Assembly: GCF_009914755.1 (NCBI RefSeq)
Contig: NC_060925.1
Source: the human T2T-CHM13v2.0 reference genome, Homo sapiens
Strand: one strand, 5' to 3'
Length of the DNA: 64,000 bases
A program made the position numbers and the translations under genes. Shown here piece after piece: positions 26,130 through 38,536 of this stretch. The notes below the pieces were generated by a model that had not been told where the DNA came from, searched no databases, and worked only from the letters and a program-made list of their open reading frames with translations. The stretch's first letter is position 1. Every line of letters starts with the position of its first letter.

Positions 26130-28400
26130 GCCACCAAGGTAGAGAGTCATGGGATTCTTAATTCCAAGAACAAAGTCAGTTAACAGAACCAGCCACTTGG
26201 GAAAAAAATGAAAAAATGGGAAGTGTAGTATACTTGAGGAAAGATCCTTTCATAACATCATAAGACTTGATTTAAATCTTTCACATGACCCTCCCCAAAC
26301 TTGCTTTCATTTTAAAGGGTAACATGTTCAGGACATTGAACACTGCTAATCAATGGGAACCTCATTTAACTGACTTGTTTGGCTATTCAGAAGTCATATT
26401 GGTCTTGAAAAATGGGACATGATTTCATCAGCATATTCAGATAGTGACTAATTTTAAGTTGCTGTTCCAGATGTCATCTCTTTATTGAAACAAATTAACA
26501 CAGTCTCTGGCATCTACTATACACCTCTTACTTTTTATCTATTCCAATATGCAGAGAACAAGGAAAGCAGTTTGCTTTTATCTTACAGGGAAAGTAATAC
26601 ATTTTTCTCATTTTATCTCAGAGCCATGTTAACTCTTTAGATTCATGAAAAAAAATGCATGTCTTCAGGCACCCTGGCATTCTTACGATTCCACAGGACA
26701 TCGTGTATTCTACAACATTGATGCTGCCATGCTGAAAGGACTAGAGGGTCAGGGAACAGCAAGTGTTCTAGTGCCTTTGTGTGCAATGCTAGAGGGAGGC
26801 AGACAAAGTGCATGAAAATAGGCTGGTCTGTTTACTTTATAAGGAATTTACTGTTAAGGGACTTTCCAGGATATTCTCTTCAAAGCGAAATACAAGTTTT
26901 GCACTTTATACACCATAACTACTATTAAAGAGGCACTTTCTTGGTAGACATATGCATATTGAATAAATGCATGTTATATGTGGGAGTGAGGTGCTGAATA
27001 ATTTACCCTATTACCGAAAAGACTGTCAAATTTGAGAAGGCCCCAGATCAAGGGAAGGATCTCCATCTGAGTCAGGGTACAGTGTAATTTATTCTCTCAC
27101 TTGGTTCTTATGACTTAGAGCATACAGTGGTATTCAAAGTATGTGTAGTACCTTGGGTTACTTGTGGAAATCACTGTTAGGAGAATCACAGCAGAGATCC
27201 CTAGAGTTCTGGAGAAAAGTCATGTCTTTTTTGATAGGTAACTATTCTCTTCTTGCTAATAGGTCCTGGTAGAGTTTAAACAGTTGATCACTGGCCATGC
27301 TTAAGCTACACATTATCATAAATTTGGATAACTTGGTGAACAAATTTACCGAGAAAAGTTAGGCACGCTTTGTAGCACTTTGTAATCAAGTGGAAGTAGT
27401 ATATATGTAAAGTGAATATATAACTTATCATCCAAACCAGGACACTTTTGAAAGTAAAAGAGGCACTACTAGTAGTGGCTCTAATACCAGGACATCTAGA
27501 ACTAATGAGTACTTTCCCTGGCAAACTAAGAATATGCCTCCACTGACATAAAGTAAATTCCATGAGCAGGTAGCTCGCATTCTTAGCAGGCATTTCCCCA
27601 ATTGGCCGACATTTCTCTATCACCCTATGCCACCTTTGTTTCCGGTGACCTTTGACTGAAGAGGGCAACAGTTAAAAGTAGATTCATTAATACTATGCAG
27701 GTACCAGCTGCTATTAACAATTACAATGATTCCTGGGGAGGTACTAATTATTTGGCTCTATAATAGAGGGGCTTTGAGTGGACAGACTGAAGAGTTTGTG
27801 AAAAGAAGGTCTGGAATGCACATGATTCTTTCAGGATAGACAGTGTGGGAATATTTGAATATTCAGCAAATACCATCCATTATAGAGGAGGCTATTGATA
27901 ACTAGGTATGCATGGTGACCATTTTCTCCCCAGTCATCTCCCAGCCCCACTGCCTGCTCAATGAGCTATTCAAAAAGTAGTCATGGTAGCAGATCATGGT
28001 GGCATCCCCTCAGGCCTATTTGACTAACATCATTGTTGAATGCTCAACTTGTTAGTAGCAGAGACCAATCTTTGTTCAGGGGGGCTAATTATTCTGAAAA
28101 TATTAAAAAATTTTGTGTTAACTGATTTACCTCTGTTTATCCCCATGTTACCCTTGCTATTTACCTGTTTAATTTCATTATCACTAATGATGATGGCTGG
28201 CTCCTCTACTTTATCCTTTTGTTGCAGACTATTAAGATGGAGTCAGTTGGCCCTGGACTTGGAGCTGGGTGCAGCAACCAATTGTCCCTGAAAAAGGGAC
28301 AATAGCAAGTGCATTTTCATTTGTGAAAAAAGTAGTTGTGTTATGTTAGATATAAGCATTTGTTGTGTGGTTGTTACTGGTTGGAAGTTTAGACATGGGA
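26130..28400 (+). mobile_element. ERVL-class internal relic with degraded pol (reverse transcriptase)
   Basis: 26458-26520 reads VAVPDVISLLKQINTVSGIYY and 26565 onward KQFAFILQG, matching ERVL RT (AAVPDVVSLLEQINT...KQFAFSWQG); frameshifts and stops throughout. Confidence 0.85.
27408..27546. mobile_element. MER81 (hAT-Blackjack) inside the ERVL relic
   Basis: ttatcatccaaaccaggacacttttgaaagtaaaag...ccctggcaaactaagaatatg. Confidence 0.7.
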
Positions 28401-28429
28401 AAATGAAGTTTATTTATACTATGCTGGGC

Positions 28430-28921
28430 ATCTAGTGAACGTTTGTCTTGTTTACTGCCTTCCAAGCCCCTTATAAATACCCCTGATAGAATCCCTCATG
28501 GTATATCATTTTAAGGTGGAAGACAGAAATACTTTCCCACTTTTCATTAAAGCTGGAATGCAGGTTGGAGGAAATCCAGTTGGGACTTAGTTCAGAAGAG
28601 AGTGACATGAAGCAGTAACACCAAAGGGAATTAAATCTTGTGAAGGTAATAGAAAATGAGCTTTCAGAAGTCACAGAAGCAAGTCATCCTGGGGTTACAG
28701 CCCCATGCTGTGGGTAGGTAGTGCAAACTCGGGCTGTGTTGGTGGAGTGAGAACTTTACTGGAGCATTTTATCAGTGTAATTCAACTATTCTTCCTGGCT
28801 GCATAGTATGCATGCTAGATATCTTCAGCCTTCCCTCTCATAAACTTTAACACATACTTTTATTCTGTATATTGGATGGAATGAGCTCTGTCGTTTACAG
28901 TTAAAAACCATTCCTGATGCA
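28430..28921 (+). mobile_element. Probable 3' LTR of the ERVL relic
   Basis: Follows the internal sequence; ends ctctgtcgtttacagttaaaaaccattcctgatgca. Confidence 0.45.
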
Positions 28922-29293
28922 TAGATATTTGAGATAACCAAACAGGGAAATAGAGGCATTAATCTGGTCAGCCATTACAGAAGTGATATTTTTAAAAAGC
29001 CACCTACCTACCCAGTGTTAAAAAGATCGAGCAATCTCGCCTAAGCCCCAACTCATGCAATTAGAATGCTTTCTTCCTCAGCAAGGAGATACGGAAATCT
29101 GCCTGAGTTTCGGAAAATCTCATACACGAAAATCTAAATTTACAAAACCGATTTATTAAATGATCTTACTCTTTTCAATTTACTGAAGGAGTCGCCATGT
29201 AAAAGAATTTACTATTATATATGTTTTACTTAATTAACCAATTCCCCAGTTATTTATTATGTTGTAATTTATTTTAAAATTCTTACTTTACAG

Positions 29294-29348
29294 ACCTTTC
29301 CAAGATCATATCTGCTACATAAATAGAGATTTAAATATTAGAATTTAA
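29294..29348 (+). pseudogene. Candidate relic exon, phase 2 to 0, PFQDHICYINRDLNIRI*
   Basis: ttcttactttacag| ... TAA|gtatga; 55 nt. Confidence 0.3.
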
Positions 29349-29688
29349 GTATGAGAATTGAAATACTTCATTGGGAAGTTGTGAAATTACTAGCCTCCAA
29401 GGGCTAACAAAGGATTTCAGCTAGCACTTTCAAGATTGGAATGCCTTTAAAAAAAGCAACATTATGAAGAATTCATGCTATTGAGGAATAAGTTTATTGT
29501 GTAGAATTCTTAAATGAAGGTAATAAAATGCATATCTAACTGAAAAATTCAACTGTACAAAACAACATACCATTCAGTTCCTAAACATTTTTATGTTAAG
29601 GTGGATAGCTATTGATTTTATAGAGTCACTGAAATCCATTTTGTAGGTATTTTTACACTGTAAATTTAAAAATAATTTTTTATTTTAG

Positions 29689-29754
29689 CACATAAAGATA
29701 CCAGACAGTGGGTTTTACGGCAATGATAGTACAATGGCTATGGTTGCTTTTAAT
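29689..29754 (+). pseudogene. Candidate relic exon, phase 0 to 0, HIKIPDSGFYGNDSTMAMVAFN
   Basis: attttttattttag| ... AAT|gtatat (weak donor); 66 nt, open. Confidence 0.4.
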
Positions 29755-30681
29755 GTATATGTGTGTGTGTTCTATACTGCACTGAACTTATGAAAACCTC
29801 TAAATCCCTTCTGGGTTCACAAGTTCGCAGCTGATGTGGAATACCTATTAGACATTTAAGAGCAACATAAAAAGACTATCTCTGGAAGGCTGTGTTTATG
29901 CTTGGAATAGATCTCCTCCCGGGCAAGTTGAAAGCCCATTAAAAGGATTTGATTTCAGCCTTGGTGAATTGTTTCCTTTCCCATTAGAGAGCTGGTCTTA
30001 TAGCTGTAACTGGGTAGTTGTCTCTTTAATTACTGTAAATTTGGCTTTATAATAACTACAGGAGCAGAACTTGGGCATATAACATGGCAACACAGATGCA
30101 GAGATTTCACAATTAGGAAAAGAGATTTAGCTTATCCTGCTACCAAGGACAGCTAAAAAATATGTCTGAGCTACATCTTTTAAAGCCTTCCAGAGAGAAC
30201 TAGATTTCAGATTATGTAATAAGCCCTGGTATTTAAGTTCTATCTTCTAAGCAAAGAATTAGGTAGTTTTACAACCCAGGAAGATCTTTTTCATAAATAG
30301 GATCTTATGAAATATTGGCTTAAATATTTTTAGGCTACACTTTATAAAGATTTACCGTATTTGAACAGCAACAGTTAATGGATTATTCAATATAGTTTAA
30401 TAATAAGTAGTTCTAATACCATTCAAACTATTAAAATCCTGACCCAAAACTTCATTTTTCAGATAAAAAATTCCTCAATGGCTTTAACTACCTAGTTGAT
30501 TCATAGTAACCAAAGGTTATTGGAAAAGCTTTAAGGAAGGGTTGAACACAAACACTGGATTTCACTGGTGAGAAGAAATTGAAAGTAAGGTTGTCAAATT
30601 TTGTCTAGTTTAGTTTGATTTTGATGATAGCAAAAGCTGAATGTGAAGATTAGTGGTTTTCCCTGTATGCTATTTGACCAG

Positions 30682-30754
30682 CCACAGAACAAACTACTTC
30701 AGTCTGTAAGATTACGCATCTTTATCTAAAGTCTGCAGATATGGATGTGACATG
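30682..30754 (+). pseudogene. Candidate relic exon, phase 0 to 1, PQNKLLQSVRLRIFI*SLQIWM*H
   Basis: ttttccctgtatgctatttgaccag| ... ATG|gtaagt; 73 nt; phases match both neighbours. Confidence 0.45.
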
Positions 30755-31435
30755 GTAAGTAGTAACTCAACCCTAGTAGCCTTATGTCATTTAATCTTTC
30801 AGATGCCCCAAGATCTGGTTCATTGTATATACTCCCTTATGTTTCTTTTACTTCTTTTATTTTTTTAAATTTTTTTATTTCTGTAGATGCCCTAGGTGTT
30901 TTCTTATGGTACAAATCACCTTTATACTGGCATACCTTAGAGAGGTATGTACCTCAGGAAGTACACAACCCCATTTCTGTTCCATACCAATATAATAAAG
31001 AGAATATGGAAATAAAGTAAGTCATATAATTTTTAATTTTCCTGGTTCATATAAAAGTTATATTTGCACTATACTATAGTCTATTAAGTATACGATAGAA
31101 TTATGTCTAAAAAAGTAATGTACACATTTTAATTAAAAAATGTTATTGCTAAAAATGATAATAATCATCTGAGCCCTTAGCAAGTCATAATCTTTTGCTG
31201 GTGGAGCATCTTGCCTTGATGTTCATGGCTGCTGACTGATCAGGGTGGTGGTTGCTGAAGGCTAGTTTCACTGTGGCAATTCCTTAAAATAATACAATTA
31301 AGTTTGCCACATCTTCCTTTTGAGAAAGACTTCTCTATAGCATGTAATGCTGTTTAATACTATTTTACCCACAGTAGAAATTCTTTCATAACTGGAGTTA
31401 ATCCTCTCAAACCTTTTTGCTGTTGTATTAACTAA

Positions 31436-31529
31436 GGTTCAGCAACCGACCATGGCACGTGTATACCTATGTAACAAACCCGCACGTTCTGCACATTCTG
31501 CACCTGTATCTCAGAACTTAAAGTATAAT
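31436..31529 (+). mobile_element. L1PA (PA7/8-like) extreme 3' end
   Basis: catggcacgtgtatacctatgtaacaaac...agaacttaaagtataat. Confidence 0.9.
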
Positions 31530-33468
31530 TATATATGTATAATTATACATGTATATGTATACATATATAAAGTATAATTTTATATATAATTATACATGTA
31601 TATGTATACATATATAAAGTATAATTATATAAAGTATAATTATATATATAATATAGACATGTATATGTTTATACATATATATGTATCATGTATATGTATA
31701 CATATATATACACGTATATACATATATTCTATATGCATATATAATATATGTATTATATGCATTATTGCATTAATAATATGCATTATATATGCATTAATGC
31801 ATATAATATATGTATTATATATGCATATATACATGCATATGTAATACATATATTATATATGCATATATACATGCATATGTATATACATATATTATATATG
31901 CATATATACATGCATATGTATATACATATATAAAGTATGATTATATATAATATATACATGTATATGTATATACATGTATATATTATATTATATATTATTT
32001 ATACATATTATTATGTCTATATATAATATAATATATACATATTAATAATATAATACATAATATAATATAATATATTATATAATACATAATATAATATAAT
32101 ATATTATATAATACATAATATAATATAATATAATATATTATATAATACATAATATAATATAATACATATTAATAATATATTATTATTATTAATATAATAT
32201 ATACATATTAATATACATACATATATATTATATTATATATAATATACATATAATATAATATGTAATATTATATATAATATAATACATAATATAATACATA
32301 TTAATAATATATTATTAATAAGATAATATATATGTATCTATAATATATACATATATGTATATGTATGTATATATTATAGATATACATGTATATACATGTA
32401 TATTATAGATATATACATGTATATACATGTATATATTATAGAATATACATGTATATACATGTATATATCTATAGATATATACATGTATATACATGTATAT
32501 ATTATAGATATATACATGTATATACATGTATATATTATAGATATATACATGTATATATTATAGATATATACATGTATATACGTATATATTATAGATATAC
32601 ATGTATATATGTATATATATTATAGATATAATATATACAAGAATATAAGAATATATATAATATAATATATAATACACATAATACGTATATATTATATATA
32701 CATGTATATTATATATGTACATATATACATGTATATTATATATCCATGTATATTATATATACATGCATATTATATATATTTTTATATATAATATCCATGT
32801 ATATTATATATACATGGATATTATATATATTTTTATATATAATATCCATGTATATTATGTATATTTGTGTATATTATATATACATGTATATTATATATAC
32901 ACATATATTATATATACATGTATATTATATATACACATATATTATATATACATGTATATTATATATACACATATATTATATATACATGTATATTATATAT
33001 ACACATATATTATATATACATGTATATTATATATACACATATATTATATATACATGTATATTATATATACACATATATTATATATACATGTATATTATGT
33101 ATACACATATATTATATATACATGTATATTATGTATACACATATATTATATATACATGTATATTATGTATACACATATATTATATATACATGTATATTAT
33201 GTATACACATATATTATATATACATGTATATTATGTATACACATATATTATATATACATGTATATTATGTATACATATATATTATATATACATGTATATT
33301 ATGTATACATATATATTAAATATACATGTATATTATGTATACATATATATTAAATATACATGTATATTGTATATACATATATATTATATAGATGTATATT
33401 ACATGTATACATATAAAATATATATACATGTATATTATATATATACATATATATTACATATATAAAAA
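31520..33468. repeat. About 1.95 kb compound AT-rich minisatellite
   Basis: Successive blocks, including a 33-bp unit attatagatatatacatgtatatacatgtatat and a 34-bp unit tatattatatatacacatatattatatatacatg. Confidence 0.97.
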
Positions 33469-34750
33469 ATATTCTAAATTCTTTGTTGTCCTTTCAACGA
33501 TATTCACAGTATCTTCACCAGGAGTAGATTCCGTCTCAAGAAACCACTTCCTTTGGTCATCCATAAGAAGCCACTCCTCATTCATTGAAGTTTCATCATG
33601 AGATTGTCAACACTCCAGTACCGTCTTCAGACTCCACTTATAATTCTAGCCCTCTTGCTATTTCTACCACATCTTCAGTTACTTTCTCCACTGATGCTTT
33701 GGACCTCCCAAAGTCACGCAGGAGGGTTAGAATCATCATCTTCTAAACGCCTGTTAATGTTGATATTTTAACTTCCCCCATGGATCATGGATTTCTTAAT
33801 GGCATCTAGAATGGAGAATCATTTCCAGAAGGTTTTCAATTTATATTGCCCAGATTCATAAGAAGAATCTATCTATATTGGCTATAGCCTTATGAAATGT
33901 ATATTTAAAATAACCAGACTTGAGAGTAATTACTCCTTGATCTAATTGCAAAATGGATGTTGTGTTAGCGCATGAAACAACATGAATTTCCTTGGACATC
34001 TCCATCAGAGCTCTTGGGTGACCACATGCATTATCAGTGATCAGTAATATTTTGAAACGGAGCCTTTATTTCTGAGTGGTGAGTCTCAGTGGCTTGAAAT
34101 ATTCAGTAAGCCATGTTGTAAATAGATGTACTGTCATCCAGACTTCAATGATCCATTTGTAGAGCACAGGCAGAGTAGATTTAGCATAACTCTTAATGTT
34201 CCTAGGGTTTTTGGAATGGTAACTGAGTATTGGCTTTAATTTAAAGTCACCAGCTGCATGAGTCTCTAACAAGGGAGTTAGCCTGTCCTTTGAAGCTTTG
34301 AAGTCAGGCATTAATATCTCCTCTCTAGCTATAAAGGTCTTAGATGCATCTTCTTCAAATATAAGGCTGTTTTGCCTGTATTGAAAATCTGTTGTTTAGT
34401 GTAGCCATATTCATCAATTATCTTACCTAGGTCTTCTTGGAGAACCATGTTGCAGCCTATACATCACATCAAAGATTGCTCCTTCACCTTGTACTTCAAT
34501 ATTAGAGAGATAGTTTCTTTCCTTAAACCTCATGTGCCAACCTCTGCTAGTTTCAAACTTTTCTTCTGCAGTTTCCCCACCTCTCTCAGACTTCATAAAA
34601 TTGAAGGGTTAGGGCCTTGCTCTGGATTAGGCCTGACTCAAGATAATGTTATGGCTGGTTTGATCTATCCAGATTACTAAAACTTTTTTTATATCAGCAA
34701 TAAGCCTGTTTCACTTTCTTATCATTTCTTATCATTTGTTACTAGAGTAG

Positions 34751-35614
34751 TGTAGGGAGACCCCCTGAAACTATTGCTATGGAATAAAAGATGAAATGCT
34801 CCTGATTATTGTAAATACAAAGTTGCATGCAGGATTGTGTAAAGACAATGCCAGGTTGGACTGCCAGAATGAGCCAACAGCATGTGATGTGCTTCCTCCT
34901 GCAGAGAGCCTGTGAATGGACGTGCACATTCACATCACCAAGATTCCTATCCCAGGAAAGCAGATGTTCATAGCTCTGGGAATGGAATGCCACCCTTGTG
35001 GAGAGCCTATAAACAGATGCGTGAGGGGCACCTATTCAAATGGATAAGATAGGGCTATAAAAACCCTCATCTTGCCATGGCTCTTCTAGCCCTCTTTAGG
35101 GTTAAAGCATACTCCCTTCTGAGAATTTCTGGTCTAACTGGTTGTCTAGCTTCACATGCTGTTTCTATGGATTGTTTGTAACCAGCTTTTGCTGCAACTG
35201 TTACTGCTGATTAATATCTTGCTAATCATAGGTTATGGAATGACTGTATTTCTGTTTTAAGGCTCTGTTAGAAATTACTGATACACAAGCTATATTGTAA
35301 ATTTTTATCTCTGTATACTGTACTTCTGCATACAGATGTTATGTTAAAGAATTACTTCATCCCCTTGTGACCATCTCACCTCATAATCAAATGACCCTAA
35401 ATCCCTCACTAACCTATCCCCGCCCTCACTAAACTTAATAATAAATGCTGGTATACCCAGTGCTTTGGTGGCATCACAGGACCAGAAGGTGGTGACCCCC
35501 TGAACCCAGCTTTCACTATCTTGTGTGTGTCTATTATTTCTCGACCTGCCAATCTGCCTGGGAAAAAAGAAAGAGCCCCATTGCATTGCGGGCTGCTGGC
35601 CAGATCCCACAATA
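34751..35614 (+). mobile_element. MER11D-like (HERV-K HML-7) solo LTR
   Basis: tgtagggagaccccctgaaactattgc...cagatcccacaata; exact 6-bp TSD gagtag; TATAAA at 35056, AATAAA at 35440. Confidence 0.8.
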
Positions 35615-36531
35615 GAGTAGCACTTTAACTTTTCTTCAATAACTTTTTCTTTGCATTCACAATTTGGCTGTTTGGTGCAAGAGGCCTAGTTTTCAGCCCA
35701 TCTTTGCTTTTGACATGCCTGCTTCACTAAGCTTAATCGTTTCTAGCTTTTGATTTAAAGTGAGAGATGTGCAACTGTTTCTTTCACTTGAACACTTAGA
35801 GGCCATTGTAGGGTTATTAATTGGCCTAATTTCAGTATTGGTTTGTCTCGGGGATAAGGAGGTCTGTGGAGACGAAGATGAGGGAAGGGCCAGTTGGTGG
35901 AGCAATTAGAACACACAAATTTATTGAGTAAATTCTCCATCTTATATGGGCACAGTTTGTGATGCCCTAAAACAATTACAATAGTACCATCAAAGATCAC
36001 TGATCACAGATCACCATAACAGATATAATAATGATGAAAAATTTTGAAATATTGTAGGAATTACTAAAATGTGACATAGAGACATGAAAATAGCCATGCC
36101 ATTGAAACAATGGTGCCAATAGACTTGCTCAATACAGGGTTGTCACAAACCTCCAATTTATAAAAAAAAAAAACATGGTATCTGCAAAGCATAACAAAGT
36201 GAAGCACAATAAAACAAGGTATCCCTGGATCTGCTTTAGACTGTATTTTCAGACTTCTGGGATCACCTCCACATGGACTTCTCTTATGGAAGAAGGACTT
36301 CACAATTTTCAGGGATGAGGTTAAGGTTGAAAGCTGCTTTCCCTGTCTAGCTTCTTGATCATGACACGTCTAGCAGTATCAAGTCCCTGTTCTACCCCAC
36401 CCCCCTTTTTTTTAAAAATAAAATTGCTTGCATTTCCATATATCTGCCAAATCCCACCAACTTTATCATTTATTTTTTCTATATGGCCCCTTCCTTTTTA
36501 TATATACATTCTGGACTCTTCCCTGATTAGT

Positions 36532-36698
36532 ATTTTTTTTTGTTTTGAGACAGGGTCTTGCTCTGTCTTCCAGGCTGGAGTGCAGTGGCACAATCATGGC
36601 TCACTGCAGCCTTGACCTCCAGGCCCAGGCAATTTTCCCAACTCAGCCTACAGACTAGCTGGGACCACAGGTGTGCATCTCTAGTCCAGGCTAATATT

Positions 36699-36733
<35 letters not shown>

Positions 36734-36860
36734 TTCATTCATTCATTCATTTTTGTAGAGACTGGGTTTCCCAGGCTGGTATAAAACTCCTGGGTTTATG
36801 CAGTCTCCTATCTCAGCCTCCTAAAGGGCTGGGATTACAGGTGTGAGCCACCGTGTCCAG
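36532..36860 (-). mobile_element. AluJ with (TATT)n(CATT)n expanded linker
   Basis: gagacagggtcttgctctgt...cactgcagccttgacctcc; tetranucleotide repeat at about 36698-36750. Confidence 0.92.
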
Positions 36861-36899
36861 CATTTCACTGATTTCTTGGTCTCCAGTCTCAACACCTTC

Positions 36900-37350
36900 A
36901 AATTATGTCACTCCTGTACTCAAAAATCTTAAAAAAAAAGGAGATCATTAACTACTGAATAAAGTTCAGATTTAGCAAGCAATGTTCTCCATGACCTAGT
37001 CTGTTAACCACTCTAGACTCACTGCTTGTACTTTTCTGGTAGACATTATGATGTTTCATGCCCTTAGAACTTTGTTTTGCCTTGCCTCAAGATTTTCTAT
37101 TTTAGCTCACTAATTCCTATCCATACCCTTAAGATACAGCTCAGGCAGCATATCTCCCAGCATATCCACTCTGGTGTCCCAGACTTGGTCATGTATCCCT
37201 CTTCTGGGCACCCTTGAAATCCTGTCTATGGCCTTACCGTTGTGTTACATTAATATTTCATGGTTATATGTCTTCCTTGCTATGTACCCCTTTCCCATCT
37301 CTATTTCTGAACCATGTCTGTTTCATGTAGGTGCTCAATAAATGTTAACA
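36900..37350 (+). mobile_element. L2 3' fragment
   Basis: Ends gtaggtgctcaataaatgtt. Confidence 0.65.
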
Positions 37351-38473
37351 CTAGTAAATTAAACTCGCCTTGTTTCTTACCTGCCTCTGGTCTGTTCAGC
37401 TGGCTCTTTCTTTTCTTGCACTATGTGTTCCTGTTGGTCAATTGGTCTATTTGTGGTGATTCTTCCTCACTGTATCTCCTACTATCTGCTCATCCCTCTC
37501 TCTGTGTGATGGCTGTGGTATAGTTAGACATTCCTAGAGCCAGATGAAGAGTATTGAAACAATTTTGATTTTGGAATGTTTTCTTTAACAGCAAATAGAA
37601 ATCAGGAACTCCTTAAAGAACCCCACTTGTGTTTAGTTGCTCCTAAACCCTGTTAAGATCTCCATGGACAGCTTGAGGCAATTGACCTAGGAGGAAGTCA
37701 TAAGTAGGGAAGATTTTACAGGGAAGCTTTTGAAATTAGGGTGCTTCTATTCTTGACCTAGAAGTTATCTTGTATTGGCTTCAACTCATGTGAAAAGAAA
37801 GGCTTAACAATGACTTAAAAAATTCAGTTTTAGATACTTAGTCAGTTTGAATTCTCAGTGAAATTATAACCTGATTTTGAATGAAAGCCTCTGATTTTGA
37901 AACAGTCACTATTCATGTCAAATTCATTGCAGCCATACAAAGCTCCTTCTCAATCTGCAATTTAATGTCTAAAATTTTGTAAAAACTGCTTAATGAACTC
38001 AGGCTTTAAAGGTTTAATTTTGTAAAGTTTTTCTCCCCCAACCACCTCCATTTGTACTAATTTGCCTAGATGGTATTAGGCACTCAAAGATATTTGACCC
38101 AAGTCATGCACAATTTGTTCAACAGCTCTCTATAGTGAGTTGATGAATTTCTTATATATGTAGTGGTTTGTAAATTTAAGTAATCTCCAACTGAATGGCA
38201 TTTCAATTCCTCAAGTGATTAATGAAATAAAAGATGTTCAATATTGCATACTCAAAATTTAGCATTCTAGGAGTATGGTAATAATGCAAATTTGTACAAT
38301 GGATTCAAATCAGCATTTAACATTGATGAGTGACTTCTTTAAAAACACAATTTACCTCACTGGATTCCTATCCACAGATTTTCAAGTCATTGTGAAATAT
38401 TTTGATTTCTAGAATCAAGACACTGATCCCAGGCGATTCTTCTGAACTAATTTTTGTCTTTGTCTCTTAACAG

Positions 38474-38536
38474 CTTTAATTCATAGCAGAAGTAAACTCC
38501 CATGGTATGAACAACACTCCTCTGTAATTTTGATTT
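38474..38536 (+). pseudogene. Candidate relic exon, phase 1 to 1, (A)LIHSRSKLPWYEQHSSVILI
   Basis: Branch-like gaactaat, ttttgtctttgtctcttaacag| ... TTT|gtaagc; 63 nt, open. Confidence 0.55.

Larger units (their letters stand above)
30927..36227 (-). mobile_element. Full-length Tigger1 DNA transposon (pogo-like) with two nested insertions; transposase dead
   Basis: TIRs ta|ctggcatacct and aggtatccctg; about 2.4 kb after removing the inserts; ORF pieces MASKCSSERNSCTSLTLNQKLETIKLSE (N-terminal HTH) and [12 protein letters not shown]...AAGDFKLKP (DDE_1). Confidence 0.95.

Noticed and set aside
27306-27668. 120-aa minus-strand ORF
   Set aside because: Spans ERVL and MER81 sequence; a chance ORF.
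31520-33468. PATRR-type long palindrome or CRISPR-like array
   Set aside because: I see only short internal palindromes and tandem units, with no long inverted arms and no unique spacers; the context is eukaryotic.
31596-33601. Long ORFs up to 239 aa rich in Y/I/H/M/C
   Set aside because: They are translations of the AT-rich minisatellite, open in several frames and on both strands.
34066-35905. Tigger1 transposase ORF pieces as a domesticated TIGD1-like gene
   Set aside because: Fragmented by stops, frameshifts and an LTR insertion; no continuous frame.
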